A DNA stretch of 64,000 nt from Perkinsus chesapeaki ATCC PRA-425 (GCA_013115145.1 JAAPAO010000090.1:1-64000); one strand, 5' to 3'. Positions 10,220 to 23,949 are shown, counted from the stretch's first letter. The notes: generated by a model not told the origin, from the letters alone. Program-made: numbers and translations.

Positions 10220-13211
10220 ATGAAGCTGAAGAAGCCTTCGAGGAGACAAACTCTTAATAGGAAGTATAATATACAGAAGAAGGTGATCTCCTTACCTGCA
10301 CCACTGAGAGGCTATCTTGGGGAATATACTTGGGAAATCTGTCGGCCACCTTGATAGAGTCAGCATTACGACGTCCTCGGCGAAGTGCCTTGGACATACA
10401 ACCTTTCCCGAAATTTTCGCTCCTCACCAACTTACGCGGGAGACTGGAGATGTTGCGCTGTTGCTGTTGCAGGTTAAGGAGCATAACAGGAAGGTTAAGA
10501 AGCAAGCCCGTGCTGCTAAGAAGGCTGGTGTTGTGATGTCTAAGAAGAGAAGGGATCCGGGCATTCCTAATAGTTGGCCCTTCAAGCAAGAGGTAGATCG
10601 GAGGCATTGGGGGGAGGGTTACTGTGGGGGGGGGGTTTAGGTGCTGAACGATATGGAGAAGAGAAAGCAGGAGATAGAGGCCAATAGGAAGCGTGAGAGG
10701 GAGCTACGCAAGAAGGTACGCTTTGGGCGGTAATCGATACGTAGTAAGTGATATAGGGATTACCAGTACAACCAGTGGTGTCCAAGAAGAACCAAGATAA
10801 GATAGTGAAGTCATTGGCAGAGCTGAAGTCTGAGGCCGATCGTCGAACAAGGTAAGGGTAAGGGTGTCCGGCAGCAGGCAGTGGTATTGCTTGTGTTAGG
10901 CTATACGATCGGTCAGCTGACGCTTTGATAGGGTCATCGGCATCTGTGAGGGACATGCACAATGTGACCCATTTGGGAGCTGGTTCAAAGGAGGTAGATA
11001 GTGGGGGGGAGATAGGGGCAGAGTAGCGTGGTGTACGGGGTGACAGTAGGGGAAAGGGATTAGATGGTTATAAGGAACATTGTATACTAAAAAGGAGTAG
11101 ATTCAGTTGTATAGTGATAATGAGTATGAGAAATATAACGATGGGCTTGTTGCACCTTTGAGACCCTCTGGTGTGATGAGTAGACTGCAGCAGTTGGTTC
11201 AACAATTGTACCCCTTTTGATGGTGGGTGGAAGTTATGGGTATAGTAGCCGCCACACTGTCATCATTACGTATTTCACCGAACATGATTAGTTTGATATC
11301 TCTGCTGTTATCGTCAGGCACAGAACACTCGTCGTGCCTATTACCGGGAGTTGAGGAAGGTCATGGGTATGGCTGATGTGGTTGTTGAGGTAGTAGTAGC
11401 AACAATACCGCTAAGCTTTCGATAGACTTGATCTATTCAGGTCCTGGACGCTCGCGATCCATTGAGTTGCCGGTGTAAGAGCCTTGAGGAGGAGATCCTT
11501 TCACAGGGCAAGAAGGTTATCTTACTGCTTAATAAGATTGGTAGGAATCTTCGACGTCTCAAGTGATGTCATACCGACTTTCCCCCAGATCTTGTCCCAA
11601 AAGAGGCTGTCCAGGCTTGGTTAGCTTATCTCCGTAAGGACTTCCCCACTATAGCTTTCAAGGCAGCCCGGAACTCTGGAGAGCGTAGCAACCACACACC
11701 GACAGTATATCATTTCACGTCCAGGTCAAACCGGCCGGGCCATTGCGGCTGAGAGCGCCTCAGAGGGCTTGCTGAAGTCAAGTTACGGTGTGGTGGGCAG
11801 CGATGCCCTCCTGCAGCTCCTGAAGAACTATTCTAGGTAATCTCCCCCCCGGTGTGCTCGATGGTACGGTACTTGCTTTAGGAGCGTTGGTACAGGGCGC
11901 ATCAATGTCGGTATTGTTGGATACCCTAACGTCGGTAAGTCGTCTGTTATCAACTCTATGAAGCGTGGAAAGGGAGTTCACCTTATGACTGGCAACAAGG
12001 CTGGTGTGACCAAACAGATGCAGGAGGTTCAGATTGATAAGACCGTAAGTGTGCGGCGCCATCCGTTTCGCCTACCACCGGTCTGCTAGGTGAGCCTCAT
12101 CGATTGCCCCGGCGTCATCTTCGCTGGGAGCGAGGAATCCGCCAGCAACACTTCCAGTTTGGTAAGCTCCCTAGTACCATCTGGAGGTCTACATCTGCCG
12201 TTGGTCAGGTTATCCGCCAGTCTGTGAATGTTGATGCCCTGGAGGACCCCATGCCGGTCGTCGAGGCTCTGGTCAAGCGCACTCCCCGAAACGCAGTACT
12301 TAAGCACTTCAAGGTAGGCTCACCGTTGAAGATGATGAAGACCGGAACCGAAGCAGATGCCAGCGTTCGAGTCCGTTACGGAGTTGGTTGGTCATGTATG
12401 TCGGACACGAGGCAAGCTCCGTCGTGGAGGAGCCCCGGATTTCCGTCAAGGGGCTAAGGACGTCCTTAGAGAGTGGACCACTGGACGGTTGAGGTAGGAT
12501 TACCCTCAACAGCAGCAGCAGCAACATCGATCAACGGCGGTTAGATTCTTCTGTATGCCGCCGGCGGCTGATAAGGGCAAGACCTTCGCCAAGGTGGTCT
12601 CCGCGGCCAGCCCCGAGTTCGACATCGACGCCCTCTTCAATGAGGTGATTCCTATCATGCTTTGGGTCGTTACTATGGTATTTTCTCAGGCGGACAGCAG
12701 CGCGGAGGCGGCTGCTGCTGGTGAATCCGGTCACGCTGCTCAGTCCGGTGACATGGGCATCGATATGGCTATGGATGACAGTGCTATGGAAGAAAGTGAA
12801 GAAGAGCAGGAGCAGGAGGAGGAAGCGTCGATGGAAGATGACGATGATGATGAGGAGGAGGAGGCTCCGGTGAGGGATTAACTGGAACGGTGGTGGTGAG
12901 GGATGACTGTTGGCAGATCTTGGTGGACGAGGCTGAAGAGGAGGAGGAAGCTGTCACCACCAGCAAGCCGAAGAAGGAGAAACGGATATTCACTGGATTG
13001 AACCCACGGGTTAATCGTGATATTAAAAAGAAGGCTAAGGAAATGAAGAGGAATCAGGGCAAGAAGGAAAGGAGACAACAGGCACAAAAAATGGAAGTAC
13101 GAGCCGCAGCTTTATCAGCAAGGAGGAGGGTAGCATTTGTACTGTTAGGCATCTGATGCGGCGATGGGCGATGGCGATGACAGCTACAACTTCCAAAGGG
13201 ATTTCCATTAA
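10220..13211 (+). CDS. GNL3: Nucleolar circularly permuted GTPase GNL3/nucleostemin (Nug1/Grn1)
   Basis: N-terminus [21 protein letters not shown]|[26 protein letters not shown]; VLDARDPL; G4 LLNKID; G1 [13 protein letters not shown]; G3 LIDCPGVI; acidic tail ending [11 protein letters not shown]. Confidence 0.93.
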
Positions 13212-13423
13212 TCCTTCACGTGTTATATAACAGGTGGCTGGAACCGGCATCCTCTGCATCCTCGATCCTTCCTTCCAGTTCACCAGCCCTAACGTCAGCA
13301 CACTATTACTAAACCTACTTCATTACGTTTCTCGACTACCATAGGCGTTTGGTTATCTTAGTGGGCCTCCTCCGCTAAGTAAATAAATGATTTGTGATTC
13401 TGTTGGCTAGTCTTGCTTCATAC

Positions 13424-15062
13424 ATGGGCACAGTGGATGCTTGCCTTCCTCAGTGGTACGTGAATTCTGACAGCGTGTGCCCCTATGGTAGCCCCTTCAT
13501 CCTGTTCATCATTACTATTACTGACTTAGGTACACATCTGGCAGGAGATGTCACTTTGCCATATGACGCTGGCTTCTTTGAGGGCCTCTCGGTCATGTTT
13601 GGCTATGTCCCTTACGCTGCTGGTATCTTCCTAATAATAATGATGTTGTAGGCGACGGTCGAGTCACTGCGCTTGGCCATCTCATTTCAGGTGGCGTCGA
13701 GGATTCCATGAGTACAGCATCATTATATTCGGAATCATAGTGGTTGTGTCAAACGAGTACGGTTGGAAGCACATCGTAAGCCTTCCTGCTCACCCTAGCC
13801 CAGTGGAGGCCCCTTCTCTTAGGTGTCGCAGCCCCGGCCAGTGGGCTCGTGCTGCCTCACTTGCGGCATGCCCTCATCCCATGCTGTCATCGCAACGGCT
13901 TTGTGGACTATTCTAGTTTTAGACTTCTCTTATCGGGTTGGTCAGACTCCCCAAGGCTACAGCGTAAGTTAGGTTCCGCTTTCCCAAGCTGTTCACGAAC
14001 GGCATTTCCCATATAGGGCTTGCCGTGACCTGCAAAGCCGTCAAGTTGCGGCATTCAATATCGGCATATTCGCCTCCATTATTTCGTTTACCGGCACTCG
14101 ATAGTCTTCTTGCCGTATGAGCATCTATATTTTCATTGTAGGTAAGTGGCACTTTTCTCAATCGTTTTCGCACCTTCATCCACGCTGGTCACATACTCCC
14201 CACAAGTCAAGTCATTTCAGAAGGTAAGATTCAGTGGTTATCTCTATTTACGACTGCGGCCCTAATCATCAGATCATTTTGTCGTCGCCGCAGGGTTCTG
14301 GTCTCTTGCATTACTACCAGTCCCCTTGTCACGTGTTATCATCAAAGACCATACAGCCCAACAGGTGTTCATGGCTGGTATCATAGGTAGGCTCAGGGCA
14401 GCGTAGGCACAAGGGGAAAAGGCCCGTACGCAGAAGTGCACAGGGAATGCTATGGATGCAGGCGACTGTCGATGACATTATATCTATCGCTGCCCCGTTG
14501 CACTGAGGTCACTACTGTGTACGGTAAACGTAATAGGACAATTATAGACCATTTGCAACAGTTTCGCGTAGTCGCTATGATCAATGACAATTCATCACTG
14601 TGACATTATTCACTCCGGCATTTATCACGATATTGCGCAACAATCTTCGAAGTTGACTCTGGCAGAACTATCTGCATGTTTGGTGCATGAAAGCTGAGTT
14701 CCTATCTCAGGTGTCGCTGAAGGTATAATATGGTACCTTCTTACTCTATTGCTCCGCGTTAAGACTGACCAGTACAATGGAAATCGCTGGCTTAAAGGGC
14801 TTTTTGTAGGACTATTGTGATTCCCACCTGAGCGTACTCCGTCCCTCTTCAGATCTATAACTGGCCAGCTCCCCGTTGCTACGTACCGTTGAAGGATAAC
14901 GAAGATGATGCAGCCGAATCCGAGCCAGTGAATCCCGCAGCAGTAGGGCCCGCGGACGGGGAGCCCACCGAGTCCTCACAGCTTGAGCCGTCATCTCCTG
15001 TGATGCCCAAACCAGCGCCACGTACAAGCCCTACTGCTGCTGCCATAGCTGAGAATGTGTAG
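13424..15062 (+). CDS. PAP2-superfamily membrane phosphatase (dolichyl-diphosphatase-like), paralog 1
   Basis: Motifs WKHIV|SQPRP, CGMPSSH and LSRVIIKDHTAQQV, with hydrophobic segments and a Pro/acidic tail. Confidence 0.85.
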
Positions 15063-15874
15063 CTATCCTAAATGTGATAATTTGTTGTTGTTATTATTGT
15101 AAAGCAAGTTGGTATATTTAAGACTGTTGTTTTATACTATTGCAATTCATTCTGTACTCATCATAGTCCCATACAGCTGCTGTGGTAGGTTCCACATTTA
15201 CTACACCAACAGTGAGGTCAGTGTGATACTGTTGAGTTATCTTAATTCTAGACTCTGTATGGTACGCGGGACTCACCTATAGACTTTATATGCTAGCCAA
15301 TGTAGAAAGTTGGCTATGCCTTGTTGTTACTAATACTGCCTTCTACTCCTTTCACCATATACCGTTTATATATCCGTTCCACCCTATATTTCTTTTCTCA
15401 CTCTAGCTCACTGCTCGATGACAATTCAGCACTCGTTTCCTGGATTAGCACTTGCGTGACGTACGCGTACGGTGTGACGCCCTGCCCCTCGGGTTGGGTC
15501 CGGTTTTCCGTCACGTCTCCGTCTTGGCTCTCTATGCTGCACATTTGCAGTGTGTGTAGTGGAGTGAAAGCCAAAGATGACTACAGCGCAGCTGTGGTTG
15601 TAGATAGGCCTCCTCTCGGCCACGCACGCATGCGCATCTTGGATGTCCCGTGATTTTGGGATGAATTGTTTTACTGTACATGCATCAGTTACATTCCACA
15701 TCATGTTCTCAACAGCAATGTAGTTATGCTCTGTCACACAGCATTCTCAGTGGATCGCAGGCCTACCCCTTCGTTACCAGCTGTGCAGCAGTTTAGAAAT
15801 CGAGACTTCCGGTCTTACCGCGTTTTGTTTGAGCTCCTGAGTATCTTGTACAGAACTTTTTACCAGCTTGTACT

Positions 15875-17050
15875 ATGTCGGCGCACCCGTGCGAGCCCGA
15901 ATGGTACACTAACAGCAGTAGTGTGTGCCCTTATGGTAAGGGAAGCTGCTCTCTAAGACTCACCTACCCATACCAGGTACGTTACTCATTGGAGGCGTAA
16001 CAGCTCCTAATAACGTGGGGTTCTTTGAAGCTGTATCTCTCATCTACGGTTATTGCGTCTATGCCGCCATGCTCTTCATGATCCTCATCATGCTGTGGGT
16101 GCTCGCTTCGTCTGTCTATGACGCCAGGCTTCCTCTCTTTAGATGGCGCAGGGGCCTGCGAGAGTACAGCTTTGTTATCTTTTTCTTGGTGATTTTTGTC
16201 ATCAACGAGCTTGGTTGGAAGCACATTGTAGGTTTAATAATATCATCGATATGTGGACTTGGCTCCTCAGGTCCCACAGGTTCGACCGGTGGGGTCCTGC
16301 AATCTCTCGTGTGGCATGCCATCTGGTCATTCGGCTGTATCAGTAGCAATGTGGATCAGTATAATGCTCGATATAGCATATCGCATACGACAGGCGGAGC
16401 CAGGCTATAGTGTACAACTATGACAGAGTAGGTCGCTAAGATATAGTGGGGTCAGGTATCCGGCTCCTGGGTTAACAAGTTGAAGAACTTCTACCAGAAC
16501 GGTCATTTCTTACCGACCACGTTCGCCATCTCGGAAGGTAGATCTTGGCCCATGCCATTTGAAAAGACTCACTTTAATGTCGGTTTCCAGACCACTTTGT
16601 TATTATTGCTGCAATATGGTCTTTGGTGCTTCTACCAACCCCTCTCTCAAGAGTTATACTCCGTGACCATACCGCTGAACAGGCTTTCATGGGCGGTATC
16701 GTAGGTGGGCCTCCGAGAAGTGACTTTGCATTCTTTAATATATATTCTAACAGGAACGGTGGAGGCCTTGGTGTGGTACTTCATCATGCTTTTTGTACGT
16801 GTTAAGACCGATCGTTTTGCTGGCATGGTCTTTGCAAAAACTCTCTTCGTAAGTGCCTGGATAACCTTCGCTTTCCCCATCAAAGAAAACACTTAGAACA
16901 TTGTTTGGTATGATATTTTATTCCCAGGCTCACAATTGGGCAGCCCCGCGTTGCTACATCCCTGACAAGTGCTCGAACGATATGGAACTCGGAGGAGTCG
17001 GTGAATGCGATGATGCCTATGTCATCGAGAAAGGCGCCAATCCTGTATAA
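15875..17050 (+). CDS. PAP2-superfamily membrane phosphatase, paralog 2
   Basis: Motifs WKHIV|.PQVRP, CGMPSGH and LSRVILRDHTAEQA. Exon layout is collinear with paralog 1. Confidence 0.85.
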
Positions 17051-17184
17051 GCTTTTCATATCGAAATCCAGTAACTTATCACATGGTGATCGTTTGTCTT
17101 TGTTAACTTTCCGTCTCACCATCTCATACTGTTCAGTGTTCAGTCTCAACATCATAAGTGTGTCACACAGGGCTCGCCGTCTGA

Positions 17185-18997
17185 ATGCTTTATCGAGTGG
17201 GACGATGTCGCTTGGCGGGCGCGTCCTCCTTAATAGGCGCTGTTAAGGCCAACTTGCCTCCTGTTCGAGTAGGCAGCATTCCAGCCTCCTTCGCCTCCGA
17301 CTTGCTGCTTAGGAAGCCAGTCTAATACCCGACAAGCGGCCAACCCAGCCATCAGCTTCCACACCTTACTCTGTAGTGAGAGCGAGACATGCCAGAAAGG
17401 CTGCGCAAGTTGAACCAAAGCGAGGAGTGAGACACGCGCCTAAGAAAGTACTTGCCGAAGTAAGCGATTCTGCCGGTGCCGGGAATCGAACCCTGGACCT
17501 CTCCCTCCAGGTGCACAGTACCAGGGTGCTTAGTCCTGGTGAGCTTCTGCCCTGGGGCTCTGTGGTCCCCCCGAGAGACATACCTGGCCCGCGGAACAAG
17601 CCGGAGGCATGGCAACTCAGCCCTGATGAACACTCCAGGTTGCTGGAAGAGTAATGGTCCTAGCTCGGAAAGTTAATGGAAGCTTTTTATGCGTATCTTC
17701 TTTAACGTTACGTATCATACAGTAAACTACTTCGGATATCTTCATCCTCAGCAGTGAGCTTTAGCGCCTTCCGCAATGACAGTATTATCTTATTCGACCA
17801 CTGCAACGCGTTCCTTTGGTAACTGAAGAGGGTGTTAGTAGTCTTCAGCATGAACCTGTGAGAGAGATTTCGTTATTATATCTCTCTGTGATAGATATCT
17901 GCCTTCTGAGGGGGTCAAGGTTGTCAAGGCTCGCAGCAAAGCCCACAAGCTTCTGGCTTTATATTGCCGCAAAAAAGACTGGCATCGGTGGCAAGCTGCA
18001 ATGGACCACTTCCACCGGCACAACGTTCCAGCTGATGAAGTTACCTTCTCCTTGATGATGTTCGGCTACATCATGTGCCCCAAGCATCCAGGTAGGCCAT
18101 CTCCCTCCAGAATTTCGTGGCGCAGTGACGTTCAGGTCTCGACATGGCGCACTCCGTTCTTGAAGAGATGAAGCAGTGCGGATTCGTTCATCCAACTGTT
18201 ATCAAATTCCACGAGAACTTCCTGATGTCTCTGCGAGAGCTCGAGGCCTTCGACGCCCGCCCCAACACCGGGAACATCCGACAGGTAGGCGCGCAGCTGG
18301 CCCAGTGTTGGTAGGCCTGTGTCAGATAATGAGGATGTTTTGGCAAATAGCGATGCTGTCCAAGAGGCGACGGATACGTCTGTTCCACCAGGAGATGGAA
18401 CGGAAGGTCCTCGCTGGAGAGTGGACAACAACCGGCATATCGGAGCGCATAATGAATGAAGACAGCGAGCTTGGTGACGACGAGGCTCTGAGGGAAGCCG
18501 CATTAAAGGCAGCGTATGGCGAGGCTGGAATCAAGCTGCCAGATGAAGTCGACGCTGAGCATGCCGGGCCTAGTGTAGTTGAGGACGGTAGGCAACATAA
18601 TAGGTGAACTTAACGAAGGCTTCAATCAGGTGACAGCGAGTTCCTGGGCACGAAGAGCCGATCGAGGATGCCTGAGGGGTCCAATAATATCGAGGCCACC
18701 GGTGGCGACGTCCCTGAGGGAAGCCTAGCTGAGGTCGGATCAGTACTTCTATTGGACCCAGGATTTCCATGCAGGCCCGGGCTGAGCCCCACTACAGGCC
18801 CTCCGAGAAGTTCTGGTCAGAGCGGGAAGAGGAGCTGATGAAGCTAAAGATGGAAGACTCGCTCTATCGAAGAACTGACAGCTTTAATAGAAAGCGAAAT
18901 CCGCATCGACGGCGGAATCGAGGGCACCGATGATGATGATGCCACATGTGTTTCCGTGAGAAATACGTTTCTACTTGCCGATGAACTCCAGCGTTAA
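17185..18997 (+). CDS. PPR-like helical repeat protein, probably mitochondrial
   Basis: Arg-rich N-terminus MLYRVGRCRLAGASSLIG. WQAAMDHFHRHNVPADEVTFSLMMFGY and VLEEMKQCG resemble PPR repeat cores. The C-terminal half is acidic. Confidence 0.5.
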
Positions 18998-19047
18998 GAT
19001 GCACCACAAGAAAGCGCGACTTCAGTTGATTAATTGGCACTTTTTAA

Positions 19048-22000
19048 ATGCCCTATTACGACCAGAATGTAGACTTTGTGGCCGAGTACGCCAAGACGGG
19101 TCGATCCAATTGCCGGGCCTGTCACACCGCTATTGCCGAAAAGTCCCTCAGGCTCGCTCGGATGGTCCAAAGCCCCCATTTCGACGGCAAGATACCCAGC
19201 TGGTAGCAGCGTGGCGAGTGTGGTGTAGTTGGATGCACGGTGTGGAATAGGTATCATACAAAGTGCTTTTGGAGGGGGAGGACCCTACCACAATCGGTGT
19301 CGGATATATACGGGTTTTCGTCGTTGAAGTTCTCGGACCAAGAGGAGATCGAGAGCCATCTGAATGTAACGCCGCACGCCACTGTCTATTACCAATTGTG
19401 CAAGTCCCTATAGAGTGGTGAGCATTCCTGGGACAGTGATTACCTCTTCGGTCTTCAGAACCATGGGCCCTCCGGCAGGAGTAGCTCATCGTCGTCCTCG
19501 TCGGCCGCCACCGGTCTCCGAGTGGAATACGCCAAGTCGAGCCGGTCAGAATGTCGAGGCTGCTACAATCGCATCGAAAGAGGCGAAGTCAGGCTCGGCA
19601 TTGACGGTGTTAAGGAGATCAGTGAGCCCGGATGCCCTGCTAGGAGACCCTATCTCCATGGCAGGTGCTGGATTCAATATCGAGGCGACCGACTGGCATC
19701 ACGTTCGCTGCTTCCTGAACCGAGGGGACTACTCGGCAATGCGCCTGACGAGTATAAGTCAGCTCCGCGGCAGCGATGGACTGGACGCGTCGGACAGGGA
19801 GGTACTGCAGGCCGCTATTGATGAGAGGAATGGTGTGAAGGCAGGAAAAGGTAGGGACAATTTCGTGGCGCGCGAAATCAGGTCTTAGGGGTTAAACGAC
19901 AAGGGACTCCAAAAGCCAAAGCGAAGAAGAAGAGTCGCGGCAGCGTTGCCGAGCTCGAGGATCCCGGCGAGGAGGTGACCTATTCATCGCTCCGCGGGTG
20001 CAAACCGTATTTTCAGTATGCGCCGAGCGGTGCTGCCAAATCCGACTTGCGGCGACAATCAGATCGGTTGTTTGAAGTGATGAGCTACCTCGAGTGCCTA
20101 AGCCGAGCCGAACTGCTGGAGGAACTGCAGGTGACTTTGATGCTTCTTGTACACATCCGTAGCACTCTCTGTGGTCAGTCGAATGGGTTCGGAATAAGGA
20201 AGGGTGGAGAGGACGAGCTTCGACAGATAGTGACAGACTGTGTTGTATTTGGTGTACCGCAGCGGTGCTCCACCTGTGGTGGACAGTTCAGGTGATGATG
20301 ATCAGCAGCTGCTGGAATCATTGCGTATCTGTGTGGTAGAGTTTTGCAGGGTGCTAAGGTCAATATGTGGTAGTCGCGAGAGTCTACCATCTGTGAACCC
20401 CCTAATTTTCTTGAAGTCAGACAGAAACATTGAAAGTTCCTCGAAGAAATGGTTCAGATGTTCATGTCCCGCCTCCTAGGATAATACTTCCTATCAAGCA
20501 CTCTAGTCCTTTCTTAACTCCCTGGACAAACTTCATTGACGCTCGATGAATGTCGTTGCTGTCGGGCTGCGGCGAAACATGCGTCGAATTTCGTGGCGCA
20601 GTGACTTATCCTGCCTTTAGGATCCACGGGGAAACCTACGAGTGCGGTGGATGGATCAGCGGCTACACGAAGTGCACAGAGACCACTCGCACCCCTGCTA
20701 GAACCCCTTGGCGATTCTCTGACGACCTCCTCATGGTTCATCCGGAACTCGACGGAATTGAATTTCCTGTTGGTAGGGACGGAATTGCAGGCAAGGTCGG
20801 CCAATAGCGGATAAATTAGGTGACCGGCTTTTCGCAACTGTGGAGAAAGTCAAGAGTGCCGCCAAGCATGAGGAGGGTGACGAGCAGAATGAAGTGCAGC
20901 CAACCGAATGGAACCGTGTTGGCGACAAGACAAATACGCCATTAAAAGGTGGGGTGCCGGGATCGAACTAGGGTCCAATATTTCCCTGGTACAGGTATGA
21001 TCATCGGGGCTATCGGTCGCCTTAGCCACACCCGTCCACAACTGAAGCAGATAATATCTGATGCTGGTGGCAAATTGCAGGATAAAGTGGACGGCAGAGT
21101 AAGTGCGCTTTCAGTCTCCCTGTTTGCGGAATCTCTGCGTCGATACCATTGACAAAGTCCGCACGATTTCAACCGCGCACTCGCATTTATCTCGGAACGC
21201 ATGCGGCTGTTTCTGGCAGGTCAATCTAGTTATATCAACAATAGAGGAGCTGGAAAAGCAAGCAAGTATCTACGCCAAGGCTAAGCGTTCGAGGCTCCCT
21301 GTTGTCAATGAGAGCTTCGTAACCGACTGTGTAGTCCGCAAGGAGACCTTGCCTTTGCAGTCGTATCTGTGCCACCCGGAAGGTGAGTATCCAGGCATTC
21401 CAGTCGAGGCAGCACCTTCTCATTGAGCAGAGGCATCGGGGTTCCTAAGCCACAGTGCGGGACGGAAGAGCGTCTCCTCGGCACGCAGCCTGGTGTCCAG
21501 GAAGTCGGCTCAGTCCAGCGGTAGGGAAAAATTAAGAGTAAGGCGCTATTATATACATCAGTGCTGCTGCATCTTGGGGGCAGGTTAAGAACGGAGTGGT
21601 AGCACATGATGAGGAACTTGCCGAGAAGGCCCACATCTATGTCGAGGGTGAAGTAGACGTCAAAAGATGTTCACCCAGCATTTGTGATCAGCCCAGGTGG
21701 TTTACAGTGAAACCCTCTCGAGAACGGATGCAGCAACTGGGATGAACAGCTATTATATTTTACAACTTTATGAGTCTGACAGCGGCACTGCTACGTACTG
21801 GCTCTACAGGCAAGTGCCCTCCTGGTTGTGACCGGGGGCGGCGGCGGAGTGGTTATTGCAGGAAGTGGGGACGCACAGGGAACGACATGATCGGGGACGA
21901 GAAACGAGAAAGAATGGCGGGGAAGGAATCTGCTATAGCCCAGTTTGAGAAGTAGACTGCTAGCATTGCCAGCCTCGTGCTTTTTTCGGTTTTTCTATCA

Positions 22001-23894
22001 GATTGTTCGAGGAGAAAACCGGCAATCCGTTCTACGAGGTCGCAACAGGCATGCTACCTTTCGAGATGCATGCTGGGAAAGCCTTCCGGTTGGACACCAA
22101 CATTGACTCAGCAGGCGGTGGCAGTGGCGATCAACGGTCGTCGAGCCAATCGCTTGTTCGGCGGATGAGTGAGTGTGTTACTTAACGCTCTCCCGAACCG
22201 CAGAGCCATCAGGCCTCAGCAGCGGATCGAGCCTCCCCAAGGCTGTGGCCAACTTGGTTACGCTCATCTGTGACATCACCGCGATGGAGCAGGAGCTCAG
22301 AGATCTGGAGATTGACGCTGATAAGATGCCACTCGGTATGATATCGAGGAGGGGCCTTACGGCGGCCTTTGCAGTGCTGCGGGAAGTTCAGGAGGAGTTG
22401 ATGCGGCCAAGTAGGGGAAAGGGTGAATAGAAGCTTTCATTTCCACTGTGTATTTCGTCCTCGTATCTCAGGTGGTCCGAGAAGCGTCATCATCGCTGAT
22501 CTTACTAATCGTTTCTACACTATGGTGCCCCACAGCATCCCCCCTGGTGCTCGACTGCCGCTTTTGAACAACCTCCGGCTGATAGATCAGAAGGTGCCCC
22601 TTTTCCGAGGCATCTCAGTTGTTGACCTGTTTGTGCTAGGTTGATCTGGTACAGAGTCTTATGGACTTGGAGGTCTCCTTCAGTGTGGTGTCTGGACCGA
22701 AGGCAGGCAATGGCGCCGATCCTGTTAGAGCACAATACGATCGTCTCGGCTGCGGCCTTAGCGTCATTGACAGGACGTCCTTCGAGTTTGAGCTAATTGA
22801 GGGGTAAGCGGATGTAGCAGCGGGCTCGCCGTAAAACCTTGGAAGCAATGATTTGCTGAGCGTGACATGACGCTTAGCATAGTACCCATGCAGCTGTAAA
22901 CTGCGAACTGTAAACAGTTAAAGCTCGCAGGAAGGCAGGGAAGCTTAGTGAAAATGACCTAAGGTCTGACCATCCCTATTTTTACTATTTACCTCGGATA
23001 AAAGCTTAAACCTAGGAGTCCAGAGGAAGTCTCTTTCAAGCATGCATGATATCTTTTGATAAGATACGTCAACAATACCCATGCCCCAACCCACACTACG
23101 TACAAGCTACGCGTCATGAACTGCTTCCGAGTTGACCGTGACGGTGAGGATCAAAGGTTCGGCCGCCACTCGAAGGACCCCAATAGAATGCTTCTTTGGC
23201 ATGGCTCCAGAATGACCAACTGGGCCGGCATACTACCGCAGGTGGGTGTCTCTGGTCCAGATTCAACTTCACTTGGCACTTTTTAGGGTCTCCGTATCGC
23301 TCCGCCCGAGGCCCCTGTGACGGGTTACATGTTCGGTAAAGGTGTCTATTTTGCGGATATGGTCACCAAAAGTGCCAATTACTGCTTCGCGTCGATGAGC
23401 GGTGACACTGGCCTGCTCATGCTCTGCGAAGTGGCACTGGGAAAATCGTAAGTCTCCCCCGCCCCTGTGCTTTCCCTCACCACATACCATTCTAGATTGG
23501 AGCTCCACGAGGCACTATTTGTGTACGGCAGCGACCAAGAGAAGCCTCCTCCAGGATTCCAAGGTAGGCATTCCCGTACGTCTACTTCGGACCCTAGTTG
23601 CCTCAGGGAAGAAGCTGCCCAAGTCGTACAGGAGCACCAAGGGCATCGGCGGCACATGTCCGGACCCAGCGGGGAACTACGTCACATCGGACGGATGCAT
23701 TGTAGGCTGCCACCGGATGCCCTTTTACTGCGATCTTCTTAATGTAGGTGCCTCGAGGTAAACCAGTTAATAACCCCGAATACAAAGCGAATGGTTCCTT
23801 GCTGTACAACGAGTACGTTGTCTACGATGTGTCACAGATAAAGTGCAAGTACCTAGTGGAATGCAATTTTGAAACTATTGGTACGATGTGGTAA
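19048..23894 (+). CDS. PARP1: Poly(ADP-ribose) polymerase with full PARP1 architecture
   Basis: Zinc finger 1 [22 protein letters not shown]|YHTKCF; zinc finger 2 [21 protein letters not shown]; PADR1/Zn3 [29 protein letters not shown]; [24 protein letters not shown]; WGR KWGRTG; regulatory DKMPLG; catalytic [31 protein letters not shown] and LLYNEYVVY. Confidence 0.96.
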
Positions 23895-23949
23895 CTTACG
23901 ATGTTAATTGCTTTTTTATATTCCATCATGTTGTGTTGTTAATGACGAC

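Noticed and set aside
13233-13386. Two-exon-like fragment VAGTGILCILDPSFQFTSPN|AFGYLSGPPPLSK*
   Set aside because: No start codon and no link to GNL3. It is probably UTR or intergenic sequence of PAP2 paralog 1.
15321-15956. Three short ORFs between the PAP2 paralogs
   Set aside because: No recognisable motif and no consistent splice structure.
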